A stretch of 64,000 nucleotides of DNA. It comes from Lophium mytilinum (Eukaryota). Each line of letters begins with the position of its first letter. Within the stretch, counting starts at the first letter, position 1. The notes beneath the pieces are model-generated. The model had not been told where the DNA came from and did not search any database. It saw only the letters and a program-made list of their open reading frames with translations. Made by a program: the position numbers and the translations under genes. Shown piece by piece: positions 24,833 to 35,421 of this stretch. The stretch spans positions 901,032 to 965,031 of the forward strand of contig MU004182.1 in the NCBI GenBank assembly GCA_010093605.1. The letters run 5' to 3'.

Positions 24833-25968
24833 ATGACCTCCTCAAGTGACAAGGTCGTCAAGAACGCCGCCGGTCGGTATGACAACGTTGATTTCAAGAA
24901 GGCTATAGGGTACAAGTACGCTCCCATTAAGGCCGCCTATCTTCGACGCGATGTCCTCCTTTTCGTACGAAACTTCTCCCCAAACCCTCACTATACTAGT
25001 ACTGATTGTCAAGCAGGCCAACGCAATTGGAGTAACCAAAGACGAGCCACACTTTCTCTACGAACTACATCCCAAATTCGCAGCCTTTCCTACCTTCCCT
25101 ATAAATCTAGCATTCAAGCAGGATGACCAAGACGTGTTCGACTTCATCCAGCGAACCGTGTCAGCCGACGTACCCGGCGTCCCCCCATTCGACCCCAAAA
25201 GATCCGTAGATGGCGAGCGTGGCATCGAGATCATTCGGCCGATACCCACGTCCTCAAAGGGCCTTGACTTGGAGATCAATGGCTCGATCGTTGGAGTGTA
25301 CGACAAGGGAGGCAACATGATACTGGAAGCCGAGCATCTGCTGCGGGACGCGAAGACAGACACCGTCTATGCGAAATTGACCAACGTAGCGTTCGGGATC
25401 GGACAGGGCGGATATGGGGGCCCTCGAGGACCCGCTACTAAATCTTACCCGCCTCCAGAGCGTGCACCAGATGCAGTGCATGTCTTCCAGACGTCGCCGG
25501 AGCAGGCGCTCTTGTATCGGCTGTGTGGGGATTACAACCCGATACACGCTGATGATGAGTTTGCGAAGGCTGGTGGGTTCAAGGGCGCTTTCATGCAGGG
25601 CTTGGGTACTTGGAATATCGCGGCCCATGGTATCCTGAGGGAAGCTGGCGGGAGTGATCCGGCACGGTTTCGTAGCTTCAAGGCGAGGTTTGCGAATATC
25701 GTGTACCCTGGTATGTTCCGCTGTAACTCTTGTTGTCTCGAAGTGCTAACTTTGTCTAGGTGATGCTCTGGAGACGCGTATGTGGAAAGTAGGGACAAAC
25801 GATGGAGTAGATGAGTTCATCTTCCAAACAATAGTCCAATCAGACGGACGTATTGCCCTGTAAGTCTAGATCATAGAGTAAGACGTTCTACACGAAGCTA
25901 ATGGCGAACCCAGATCCAATGGTTTTGCTACCATTAACCAGGCGAGTCCGCTGAAAAGTAGTCTTTAG
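24833..25968 (+). CDS. Peroxisomal MaoC-type (R)-specific enoyl-CoA hydratase 2 (hot-dog fold; 4 exons)
   Basis: YELHPKF..FPTF, VDGER and the hydratase-2 motif LYRLCGDYNPIHAD; ARF..VYPGD. Introns about 24965-25016, 25712-25759 and 25860-25913. Ends in KSSL. Confidence 0.9.
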
Positions 25969-26061
25969 CCTTAAATCTAATGCATATCTTGTCTCCATAC
26001 TCAGAAATGAAAAATATATAATCTTGAAAAGGTCTTTCAAATCATCTAGGATATACAACAT

Positions 26062-27041
26062 CTACAAATACGAAGGCAACCACCTCGGATCCCTCTTCTC
26101 CCTATACGCTGCCAACCCCTCCGCAGCATTCTTACTCCTCAACATAGCCTCACTATATATCTCCTGCCCTCGCATCGTCGCGCGACTAACGCCTGTTTCC
26201 CACGCTTCTCGTGCCGCCAGCCTCGAGATGATAACGCTATCAGGGCTCTTCTCCGCAATCTCAACCGCATACGCAATGGCCCTCTCAAGCAACTTCTCCT
26301 GCGGTACAATCTCCTTCACCAATCCCCAACTCACCGCCTCCTCCACCGACATCCGTCTCCCAGTCAGGATCAGATCCATAGTCCTGTGATTTCCAAAGAG
26401 AAGCATCGCCCGCGGCAGAGCACCAGCAAGCGCAGAGACACCTCGTAGGACCTCTGGGAGGGCGAACGTAGCGTTTGGCGACGCGAATATCACGTCTGCG
26501 TTTAGGATTGCCTCGAAGCCGCCTCCTGTTATCGGTATCAGCATCTACCATGCAGTAATCGGATTCCTTTCGAGATATGAGGCCTACCGTGTGCGTGTCC
26601 ATTACAAGCCACCACAATCGGCTTCTTGCCCGTCCGATTGCTCATCCCCGCGAATCCGCCGTGCGGGTAGTCGTGCGCAACGTCGTTGGTTTTGATGAGG
26701 TCGAGGCGCTGCTTGAGGTCCATGCCTGCGCAGAAGGCCTTTTTGCCAGCCTATCTCCCCAACCTATATAAGCTTTTCCTCCCATACGATCTGATGTGGA
26801 TGTATATAGCACTTACGCCCGTGAACACCGCACATCTAAGCTCCGGCTCTGCATCGTACCACTTCCACAACGCACCCAGCTCGATGGTCGCTTCGACAGG
26901 GAGGCAGTTCATGTACTGCGCACGGTTTATGGTGACTTGGAGGATGTGTTTCGCCGGGAAGGAGATGAGCGAGTGCTCCACGCGGGGGTAAGGGTTTTCG
27001 AGCCACGCGGGGACGGGGTCTTTGGTGCGTGGGGTCGTCAT
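26062..27041 (-). CDS. Enoyl-CoA hydratase/isomerase (crotonase) 2 (3 exons)
   Basis: AFCAGMDLK, KPIVVACNG.AHGGGFE and FALPEVLRG. ATG at 27041; introns about 26526-26587 and 26751-26816. Ends in SYL. Confidence 0.9.
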
Positions 27042-27339
27042 CGCGGAAGGTAGATGTATCAAATGGAAGCAATTGAACAAGCTGGGTGTATGCTCTCCAA
27101 TTGACAAGATACGAAGAAATGCGAAAACCAACAAGAAGAACAGAAATCCACGATCGTCCAACGCGCCAAAGCCTCGAAGCCTAACTTCTGTTCCGCTCCA
27201 CGGGTCATCGACGCATGCATCCTGCACCGCTGAATCGCTAAATCATACCTCGGCGCTTGCTTGAATCATTGCCCTTAGTGAGGCACTGCGGCGGTGTACC
27301 TGGGGTATCTTTTTCCCACAGTGACGGCGGCTCTCGGAA

Positions 27340-27353
27340 CTGATTCATTAGTG
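27340..27353. promoter_or_regulatory. Partial cluster motif CTGATTCATTAGTG in the divergent ECH2/ligase-2 promoter
   Basis: Its reverse complement CACTAATGAATCAG matches the copies at 17435 and 22288. Confidence 0.55.
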
Positions 27354-27679
27354 GGATGCAGGGTGCGTGCAGGGGTAGCTAGGATGCGCGCGGGGCGGCT
27401 GGGGTAAGCTATTGTGGGGCACGTTGGCAAGCGGATATCAGAACGCGGAGGTGGAGAGGTGGGGAAGAAGCGGTGCGAGTAAGGTGTTTACACAAATGTA
27501 CCTATGTACGACAGTACCGTGGGGTAGGCTGCGGAAAGGACGGCTTCGAGGTGGACGAAGCTCTTCGTCACCTCGTTGGAGCTGTTTTTCTGGTTGGAAA
27601 GCTCGTTGCTGCGTTGTGATCGTGAAGTTTGAGCATCGCGATCTTTTCAATTCGTCATCAAACACTCAATCCAGCCGAA

Positions 27680-29518
27680 ATGCGCGTCTACAAAGCCCCC
27701 CAAACCATTGACATCCCTCAAGACCTTAATCTCACCGAGCTCCTCCACACAAGCAACGACCCACCTCTCCCTCCTTCCCACCTCATCACGAAAGATAGCC
27801 TTACCAACCGGAGCATTACCATCGGAGAGCTTCGCCAGCGTGCAGGAAGAATAGCAAATGGACTGAACTCGACTCTCAAACCCCACGATCAGAGCAGGTG
27901 GGCTGTGATTCTGCCAAACAGCGTCGAGTATCTGGAGGTCTTCCATGCGGTGCTCTGGGTCGGCGGAGTGGCGTGCCCTATAAATCATGCTATCAAGGCG
28001 GAAGAGATTGGCCATGCGTTTTCGGTCACGAGGCCAGATTTCGTTATCGTATACGGGCCAGCGCTATCGAAGGTGCTCGAAGCAGTGGAGGTTGCCAGGA
28101 GGGAGTTGGCTACTGAGGGAGTGACATGGGATACACCTAAGATTGTGACTGTGATTGAGAGTGCCGATGGATTTAAGCATATTCCTGACGACTTTCTTGC
28201 CCCGGAGAAATTAGCCATTCCGCATTTCAGCGATACGAAAAGGTGAGCTGTGGTGTTGAGAGATAGTCAGACTGTGACTAAGCTAATCTGGTGGTCAGCC
28301 GTCTCGCAACAATACACCTCTCATCTGGAACTACGGGCAAACCAAAAGGCGTAGAGTTAACACAGTAAGTAGATCAACGTAGTAGTTGGTGCTGATGCTG
28401 ACATGATTTCAAGCTTTAATTTCGTATCCAACGTGTATCAACTTCGTGCTCACGACCCGGCACAGTTCCACCGTGGCAGCCGTGTTGTTGCCTTTACTCC
28501 ATTCGCGCACATCGGAAACACAACAATACCCTTATTTCTCGGCCCGTTCATGGGCATGATGCATCATGGTGAGTTATACGTAAACTCATGTCTAGTTCCT
28601 TGCTAATTGTGGCGCGAAATAGCCATGCCTGCGTACGATCTTGAAACATTCGGACAGCTTGTAGATTCAAATAAAGCCACGATATTCCAGGGTGTTCCCT
28701 CCGTTGTTCTTTCGTTTGCGAATACGGACATTGCCGATAGGTTCGATTTTTCAAAGGCGGAAGTAATAAACGTCGGTGGACCGCCTTTCAAACGGGACAT
28801 GCTTGAAAGGCTGTTGAATAAGGCGCCATGGAGGTTGAACCAGGTTTACGGGATGACGGAAGGCGCTGGGTATGTTGCGTACCAGAGATCTACCGACAAT
28901 CAACTGGAAGGGGTCGTAGGGCCTCTAGTGCCAAACATAGAAGTAGCGTTGCGTATCAACGAGGGAAAAGATGATGCGCCTGAAAACGGCCCAGGCGAAC
29001 TATGGTTGAGGGGCCCCAATATTACGAGGGGATATGCTTTCAACACCGAGGCAAATCAATCGGCGTTCCCCCAGGAGGGATGGTATAATACAGGAGATGT
29101 TTGTACGGTTTCAAGAGATGGGGTGATCGCGGTGGTCGGGCGGACGAAAGAGCTGATCAAGTACAAGGGCTTCCAAGTGAGCCCTGCCGAGCTGGAGTCG
29201 TATCTCAACTCCCATTCCCATGTTGCTGAAGCAGGTGTGGGGCCTGTGTTTGACGAGAGCCAGCTCACGGAGCTACCGACAGCGTACGTAATCCTGAAGG
29301 ATCATTTAGTCCTTGAGAAGGATAAAAGAACGGCTTTGAAGGAGATTCATGCAACGGTGGATGACCGCGTGAGTGGATATAAAAAACTCAGAGGCGGTGT
29401 TTGGGAGGTGAAACTGTTGCCCAAGAACCCAACGGGCAAGATCCTGAGGAAGCAACTCCAAGACCACAAGTCGGGTCTGAGTTCTCTAGATAGAGGGGAT
29501 AGAAGATCAAAATTGTAA
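27680..29518 (+). CDS. 4-coumarate:CoA ligase-like acyl-CoA ligase 2, peroxisomal (-SKL; 4 exons)
   Basis: HLSSGTTGKPKGV exon (about 28299-28363), QVYGMTE, NTGD, GRTKELIKYKGFQVSPAELE and LPKNPTGK. Ends in RSKL. Confidence 0.92.
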
Positions 29519-29636
29519 AGAGAATGGGGACGTCGTACCAATACAAAATAATGCAAGCCGCAAAGCACGACAAAATGCCAGAGTCCTACGGACAAGTACA
29601 CAATCAGTCGGTGCTGTGGTGGTGTATCTGAAACCC

Positions 29637-31030
29637 TCAAGGATTCGAGTGAGACCATTGAGCCGTGCCACCACATGAGGAAGCTTTCTTAAACTCGTCT
29701 ATTCTAGCCATATTCCATCCCGAGTCCCAGGTCAACTCTGTGTCCCTGTCCGGTGACTGGCTGTGGCCCAGACGAAAGTGGTGAGCAAGTTGGCAAGTTG
29801 TGTTGTGGTGAACGTATTGGAAACAGTAGCGGTCGGTATTGCATGCGTCTTTACATTGATCCAGAGTCTTGTCAAACAGTGGTTTAGGATTCACGCCATC
29901 GTCTTCCGACATATTCGTCCAGTTGTAGGCTATCGGGGTGATAGAGGGCTCTACTATTGCACCATACAGCTCTTCAAAGAGCAGTGGTGTCTAGCAGTGT
30001 GAGCACGTGCCCTCGGGAGGTTGATTAGAACTCGTTATTAAGAACTCACAGTTGAATTTCTCTTCATTTCCCAATCCCACAGGTCGCCCACATCCTTATC
30101 GCTTAAGTGGTGAAGTGTGATGATAGGCTCACACCATTGCTCCGGCCCAAAACGAAGTGTAGAGACCTTCTCTCCGTTTATCAGCGGCCAGTAACCCTTC
30201 AAAGTGATGCCGATGTCTTTGAATACTCTAGCTAGGACTTCGTCTCCGCAGCATTCTCCCTTCATATCCAGTCCAAATTGATGGTTGCCCACAGAGTATT
30301 CGTCTCTGAATTTCCGGCCATATGATGCCAGCTCTCCAAGTGCTTTCCGGGAGAGGATCAACCCACTACCGCCGTGACCGAAGACAGGCTTCTTCGCGGG
30401 CCACACGGGAGATCCCATATATAACGGCTGCTCGGGATCCAGATGCGAGAGGAAGCGCAAAAGGTTATCCCAGACAACATACGTGTCTAGCTCAATAAAC
30501 ACATACCAGTCTTTCTGCCTCGGCGTCTTCCATGTTAACTCCATCATGGGCAAGAACTTGTATTTGTCCAGCTTCCAGCCGTCCCCGCTCTTGCCAACAC
30601 GCTGGCCCGACGCCTTCTGCTGCTTGATGCTGTCATAGATTTTGAAGTCCGGGTTGTCGTGCTCGTATTGCTCGGAGAAGTTCTCGAGCGCATCGATGAG
30701 GTGATGGCCGTGGGCAGTTTCCTCGAAGTCGGAGAAGATGAGAAGGTCTGGGACACACGAGGTGACAGTACGGAGGTGAATTGGAAGCTTGGATTCGACC
30801 TCGCCTGCACCAAGCTTGAGCACAACTTGGATCTTATCGAATGCATGCTTGGGCAGCGCTTTGCAGGCATCAAGCGCCGAGTGATTCTTGGATAGCAGGT
30901 AGGCGGCGTCGTCCCATGTGTCGAAGCCGCGCGGGCCGGGTAGTGAAGGTATTGATGGTAGGCCAAAGTACGAATAACATAGAAATGCGATGAGCACTGT
31001 GAGCACGAGCCTGCGTGGTCTGTTCTTCAT
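29637..31030 (-). CDS. Glycosyltransferase family 31 (Fringe-like) type II membrane protein (2 exons)
   Basis: N-terminal TM, GWKLDKYKFLPM, WYVFIELDTY, HGGSG..LS, CCGD..LA and WCEPIITLHH. Intron 29991-30049. Cys-rich C-terminal module. Confidence 0.88.
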
Positions 31031-31773
31031 GTTGATTGCTGTGTAAGGCTGACGTGTGGATCGTGTACCCCAAGCTCCACCAACCGGAACGCCAAGCGGG
31101 GTGGAGCGAGAGCCAGCAACGTTCCTCCGACCCGTGACCTTCTGACAACTCCATTTCCCCATCGTGCTCGCCTCAAACCAGACTGACACCTCGATTCAGA
31201 CGGCAATCACTTCGTAGCGAGGGACTCTCTTATTGTGGCGCTTCTTCGAACGGGTGTCATCGTTGAGTGGCTCTTCACGACAGCCATTAATGCCCACGGC
31301 AGGTCTCGCCCAGCCTTGTTTGGTTCTGATTTGCTCCTCTAGAAATATGGCTTTCGTCCCGCTCTGGTACTGATGCCTTTTTACTTGGCGATGGGGCTGA
31401 GACGATGCGTTTTTACTTCAGCTCGTCGGCATTTGCCATGCACGATATCACCCCTAGCTTTCACTGGATGCCACCCTCGTATAACTCCTGCTTTCTCGTT
31501 TACCCTTCCGCCACCGGACTTGGCTTTCTATAGTGCTTCAAACCTTCTTTCTGCCAACTCTTAACTGCGCCTTTTGAGGAGGTGTCGCAGTCCAGGGCAG
31601 CTCAGCCGTGGCGTTCTTGTTGGGAATAGCGGAGAGGCACCTAGGGGCGGCCCACATATAAGGCTGTACCTTTCCTACAGCACTTTCCTTTTTCACATTC
31701 TGTCCATTGTAAAAGTGAACAACTTTAAGTAATATACTACATTCGTTGAAGAAACACCTCCCAGTCTTTCATC

Positions 31774-32504
31774 ATGAAGCTATCTACCGTCCTACTCCCA
31801 GCCATCTTTGCGTGCGGCACCCTCGCCGAAGATTTCTTCAGATTCGCCCAGGGCGGCATGTTTGACAAGAGAGTATCATGTGGTCGAGGCAATACGTGCC
31901 GGGAAGCTTGCGGCGGTGGAGCAACCGAGTGCGGCTCCAGTGGAACATATTGCTACGATCCGACTCTAGGAGAGGTTGGTAGTATTCCAATCCTTTACAT
32001 TCGAAACTAACACAGTCTGAATTGGTAGACTTGCTGCGGAGACTCTGGATACTACTGTGCTGCCGGGAAGTACTGTGCACCGATCGACGGATACTGTTGC
32101 TTCAACGTAAGTACACTACCTCGCTGATAGATCGATCGGTCTTAGGCACTAATAGTACGCAGGGCGAGACGCCTGAGCAATGCGCTGTCCGACAGACTCT
32201 GACCTTCCCTGCTGTCTCCGCAACGGTCTTCTCTTCCGTCGAAGCCTCGAGCGCATCCTCAACCCCTGTGGTCGAGCCCTCGTCGATCGACTCCTCTTCG
32301 GTCTTCGTGCCCTCTTCAGTCATCGCGCCTTTGACCTCCGCTCCTAGCCTAGTGCCAACTACATCGACCGGCAACGCGTCCTTCTCTACTGCTACACTAG
32401 CTACTACCAGCGCTGCTCAGTTTACTGGCGCGGCTGTGAAGAAGGACAGTACGCTAGGAGCGTTCATCATGGGCGCTCTAGGTCTGCTGGCTGCCGCAGT
32501 CTAA
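31774..32504 (+). CDS. Small secreted Cys-rich, probably GPI-anchored cell-wall protein (3 exons)
   Basis: Signal peptide, KR site, Cys-rich domain (C..CYDPTLGETCC..YCC), Ser/Thr-rich stalk and FTGAA followed by a hydrophobic tail. Introns 31975-32028 and about 32107-32162. Confidence 0.85.
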
Positions 32505-33072
32505 GTCCTATACTATGTCTCGTGCATGCCGCCATCTAGGTGGCCCTCACGTTCCTTACGATGGGTAGGCACGAGGTCAGAGCCTCACACTCGTGGTGAC
32601 ATAATGGGTAGCATATTTAGTACGGAATAAGTTGATGGATATTCATGGGCCAACATTGTGTAATATTGGGACATGATCATGGAATAATATATCGCAATTG
32701 GCTACACTTTTGATCACTGCAGATGAAGATTTGATTTATGACAATTGATCTGTTGCATACCAGCCAGCATGTATGTGAGGCTGTGAAGGACTTCTGACAG
32801 TGGCAAGTAGATGTAAGCAAGGCAGTGTAAGAGGCAGCCTGATTTGAAGCATGTGGAATCTTACATCTCGTCACGATCCTGTTCCGACATACCGAGGGTG
32901 TCTCCATGATATATCGACGTCGCCAGAATGTCACAGCTCATAGCTCGATTCACACACAGATTCCTTTTCCTTATTTCACCCATTATGGGTGGCTCCGACG
33001 GGGTATAACTGTATTCAAAATACCATCCCGAGTCCCTAGGATCCGGACTTCGTAGAAAAACCTTTTCTCCTC

Positions 33073-35206
33073 CTACTTGAACCGCCTCAATTTCCGCAAC
33101 ATGTGCAACTTTCCCCACCCCTCCACCTCCTCCGCGTCTGCCACCCACGGGCCCATAATGATACCGCTTTTTCCAACACGCCACGCCGCGTCTTTGTCCG
33201 GATTCAGGCCCATAACGCCCTTCTTCCTCGCCATTTGGTCAAACTGTGTGTCCTCTAGGTACGCCCACGCGGGGTGGTCACAACATCCAAAAACAAGCAC
33301 TGTCTTTTGCGGGTCAAGTTCCGCAACAAGGGCACTATGCGTAGACGGAACGAGGATCTCGAGAGCCCGCGTATGAGCGTCAAAGCCCCGAATGAGTGCT
33401 GTGCACACCACTTTGGTCGTCCCTGGATCCAGGGGGGTAACCACGTTGTTCTGGTCCGGCGGGAAGTACGGAATGCCAGCTAACCGTGCAGGAATGGAAG
33501 AAGCTGGGCCGTAATGGGCTCGAAGCGTCACGTCTTCGGGGGCGCAAGGGAGATTCCCGTACTGGGCTTGGATGGCGGGGTCTGAAGTCTCCACAATGGT
33601 AATGAGTGAGCCATTAAGAATGGTGGCAATGCAGCTGGCGTCGGTCCATTCGCTTAGCATTAGGACCCCGATAAAATCGAGAGAGTCTGACGGGTCAGGG
33701 CCATAATGAACGTCCCAGGGGCTGGTCCGGGAGAGCGTAGTAGGGTTGTATATCCGCTGTCCGGTAACCTCATCAAGGTCCTCGCAGTGGAAGTACGACA
33801 GCATGTGCATGCTTGCCAGCCTAGAGTCTGTTCGGAGTGGTATCGCATTTGGGTGCGCTTCAATGGCGCTAAATTCTATGCCATCCTTCTCGCAGGCTGC
33901 TCGTACTGGGCCGAGAAATTGCTCATCGGGCCGTCCTTCTCGTTGACCAGAATAGAAATAAGAAATGCTCGTGGGACGTATGTGACTGATGGTTCGAAGG
34001 AAAGGGTCGATGTCGTTGCTGAGCGCCCAGGCTGGAGTGTTGATTACAAGTATAGCCTTAGAATGATGGGAGTGAAGTGCCTCATATCGCTTTATAAGAT
34101 CGCTAACGCAGAGGAAGAAGTACTCGGGGTACTCCGCAATAGCGTTCAGGGGCATACAATGTGACCATATTATGTGGTTGTCTTTTCCGTCATCAGGTAT
34201 TGGGGCTGGATGACTATATGAAGGCCCGAAATTGAGCTTCCTTACCTCAACCAAAGCAATCTGGCCTTGCGGTGTATATTCCGGTTTGGAGGCATCCAGA
34301 TCCAAAAAGAACACAGAAGCCTCAGATTCGTCTTTCATCGAAGTCAACATATGATTGATCGAACAGTTCGCGTACGTATTTTTTCCGCTGTGTTTTGTTC
34401 CCGCAATCATTATTTTTGGGCTTTTAATAACGCATAACTTTAGAATGAGGCCTGGCGACAGAGCGGCCACTGGGATGAACGAGCGCTTGAGTTCGTCACC
34501 CACATTCCGATAGGCTGTTGTAAAGGAGCGGCGAAAATCTTGATTCTTTGCGACTGCCCCGATTTTCGTGAATAAATCGGAAAATTGTTCCAATAGCTTC
34601 ATACTGGGGCATGTTCTCATGCGAACAACAGAGCTTCCAATTGCCTCAACAACTGGCAAAGAGTGTGTACATAGAGCGAAGACGCGTTGTGGCGAGTTCT
34701 TTGCCTTTAAGACGGCACCATTAAGAATAACAACGCCTGATTCGATGAAAATATCGTAGACTCCAATGTTTACAATAGTCTCGCGGTGCCGAAGTTCGAT
34801 CGTTAGCTCCTCGTAGGTGTCAATTAATATATTGGTTTGGTTTCCCTTCCATGTCGTCAAGGGTGCGTCGACTCGAGGGTTCTCTTCGGAGCTGTCGTGT
34901 TCTTTATCCAGCTCGTACGTAGGGTTAGCATCCTCAAGCGGATTATAGTCCGAGCTGCTAGCGGAGGGTTGCTCGCTTTTGAGCTCTACAACCACACTTT
35001 TGAATGCGAGATCCACGTAACCTGACGAAGTCTCTAAAGTGCGCTGACGGGCTGCTGCAAAAGCGCTCACTGGTCGAGCTTCTGCCAATTTTGCTACAGA
35101 CACTATCAGGAAATGAAAGCTTAGAATAAGTGAGAAGAGAAGGCTTACTATTAGCTTTATCACCGCGGGGAGGACTCTCTTCAGCTCTCCTCTTCAAAGA
35201 CGGCAT
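33073..35206 (-). CDS. GRC3: Polynucleotide 5'-hydroxyl kinase Grc3/Nol9 (2 exons)
   Basis: Intron 35094-35148 (GTAAGC..GTAG). VSAFAAAR, VFA..THSLPV, P-loop GTKHSGKNT, FLDLD..PEY, LVINTP.W, ALIRGFD and LV.G..D.P.W.Y.ED. Confidence 0.85.
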
Positions 35207-35421
35207 GGCGCCGCTCTGTGCGCTGTTGAGCTAAGCAGGTGCAGATACTTTTCCTCCCAGACGGTAGAGCTTTGAGGCGGCGTGGACGGAAGGTTAACGC
35301 GACGTGAAGGTGACTAAGCAGAATGAGTAGCGGCTTGGCCGATACGGTCTGTGCACGTCTCAAAACTTTTTTACAAGTGGAGTGCGAAACATCAACGCCG
35401 AACGATGACACCGTTTTTGCA

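Noticed and set aside
10887..29518. Labelling the cluster as the bacterial Atu citronellol pathway or as a trichothecene cluster
   Set aside because: No geranyl-CoA carboxylase or acyl-CoA dehydrogenase, and no terpene synthase or P450; family names alone do not give the substrate.
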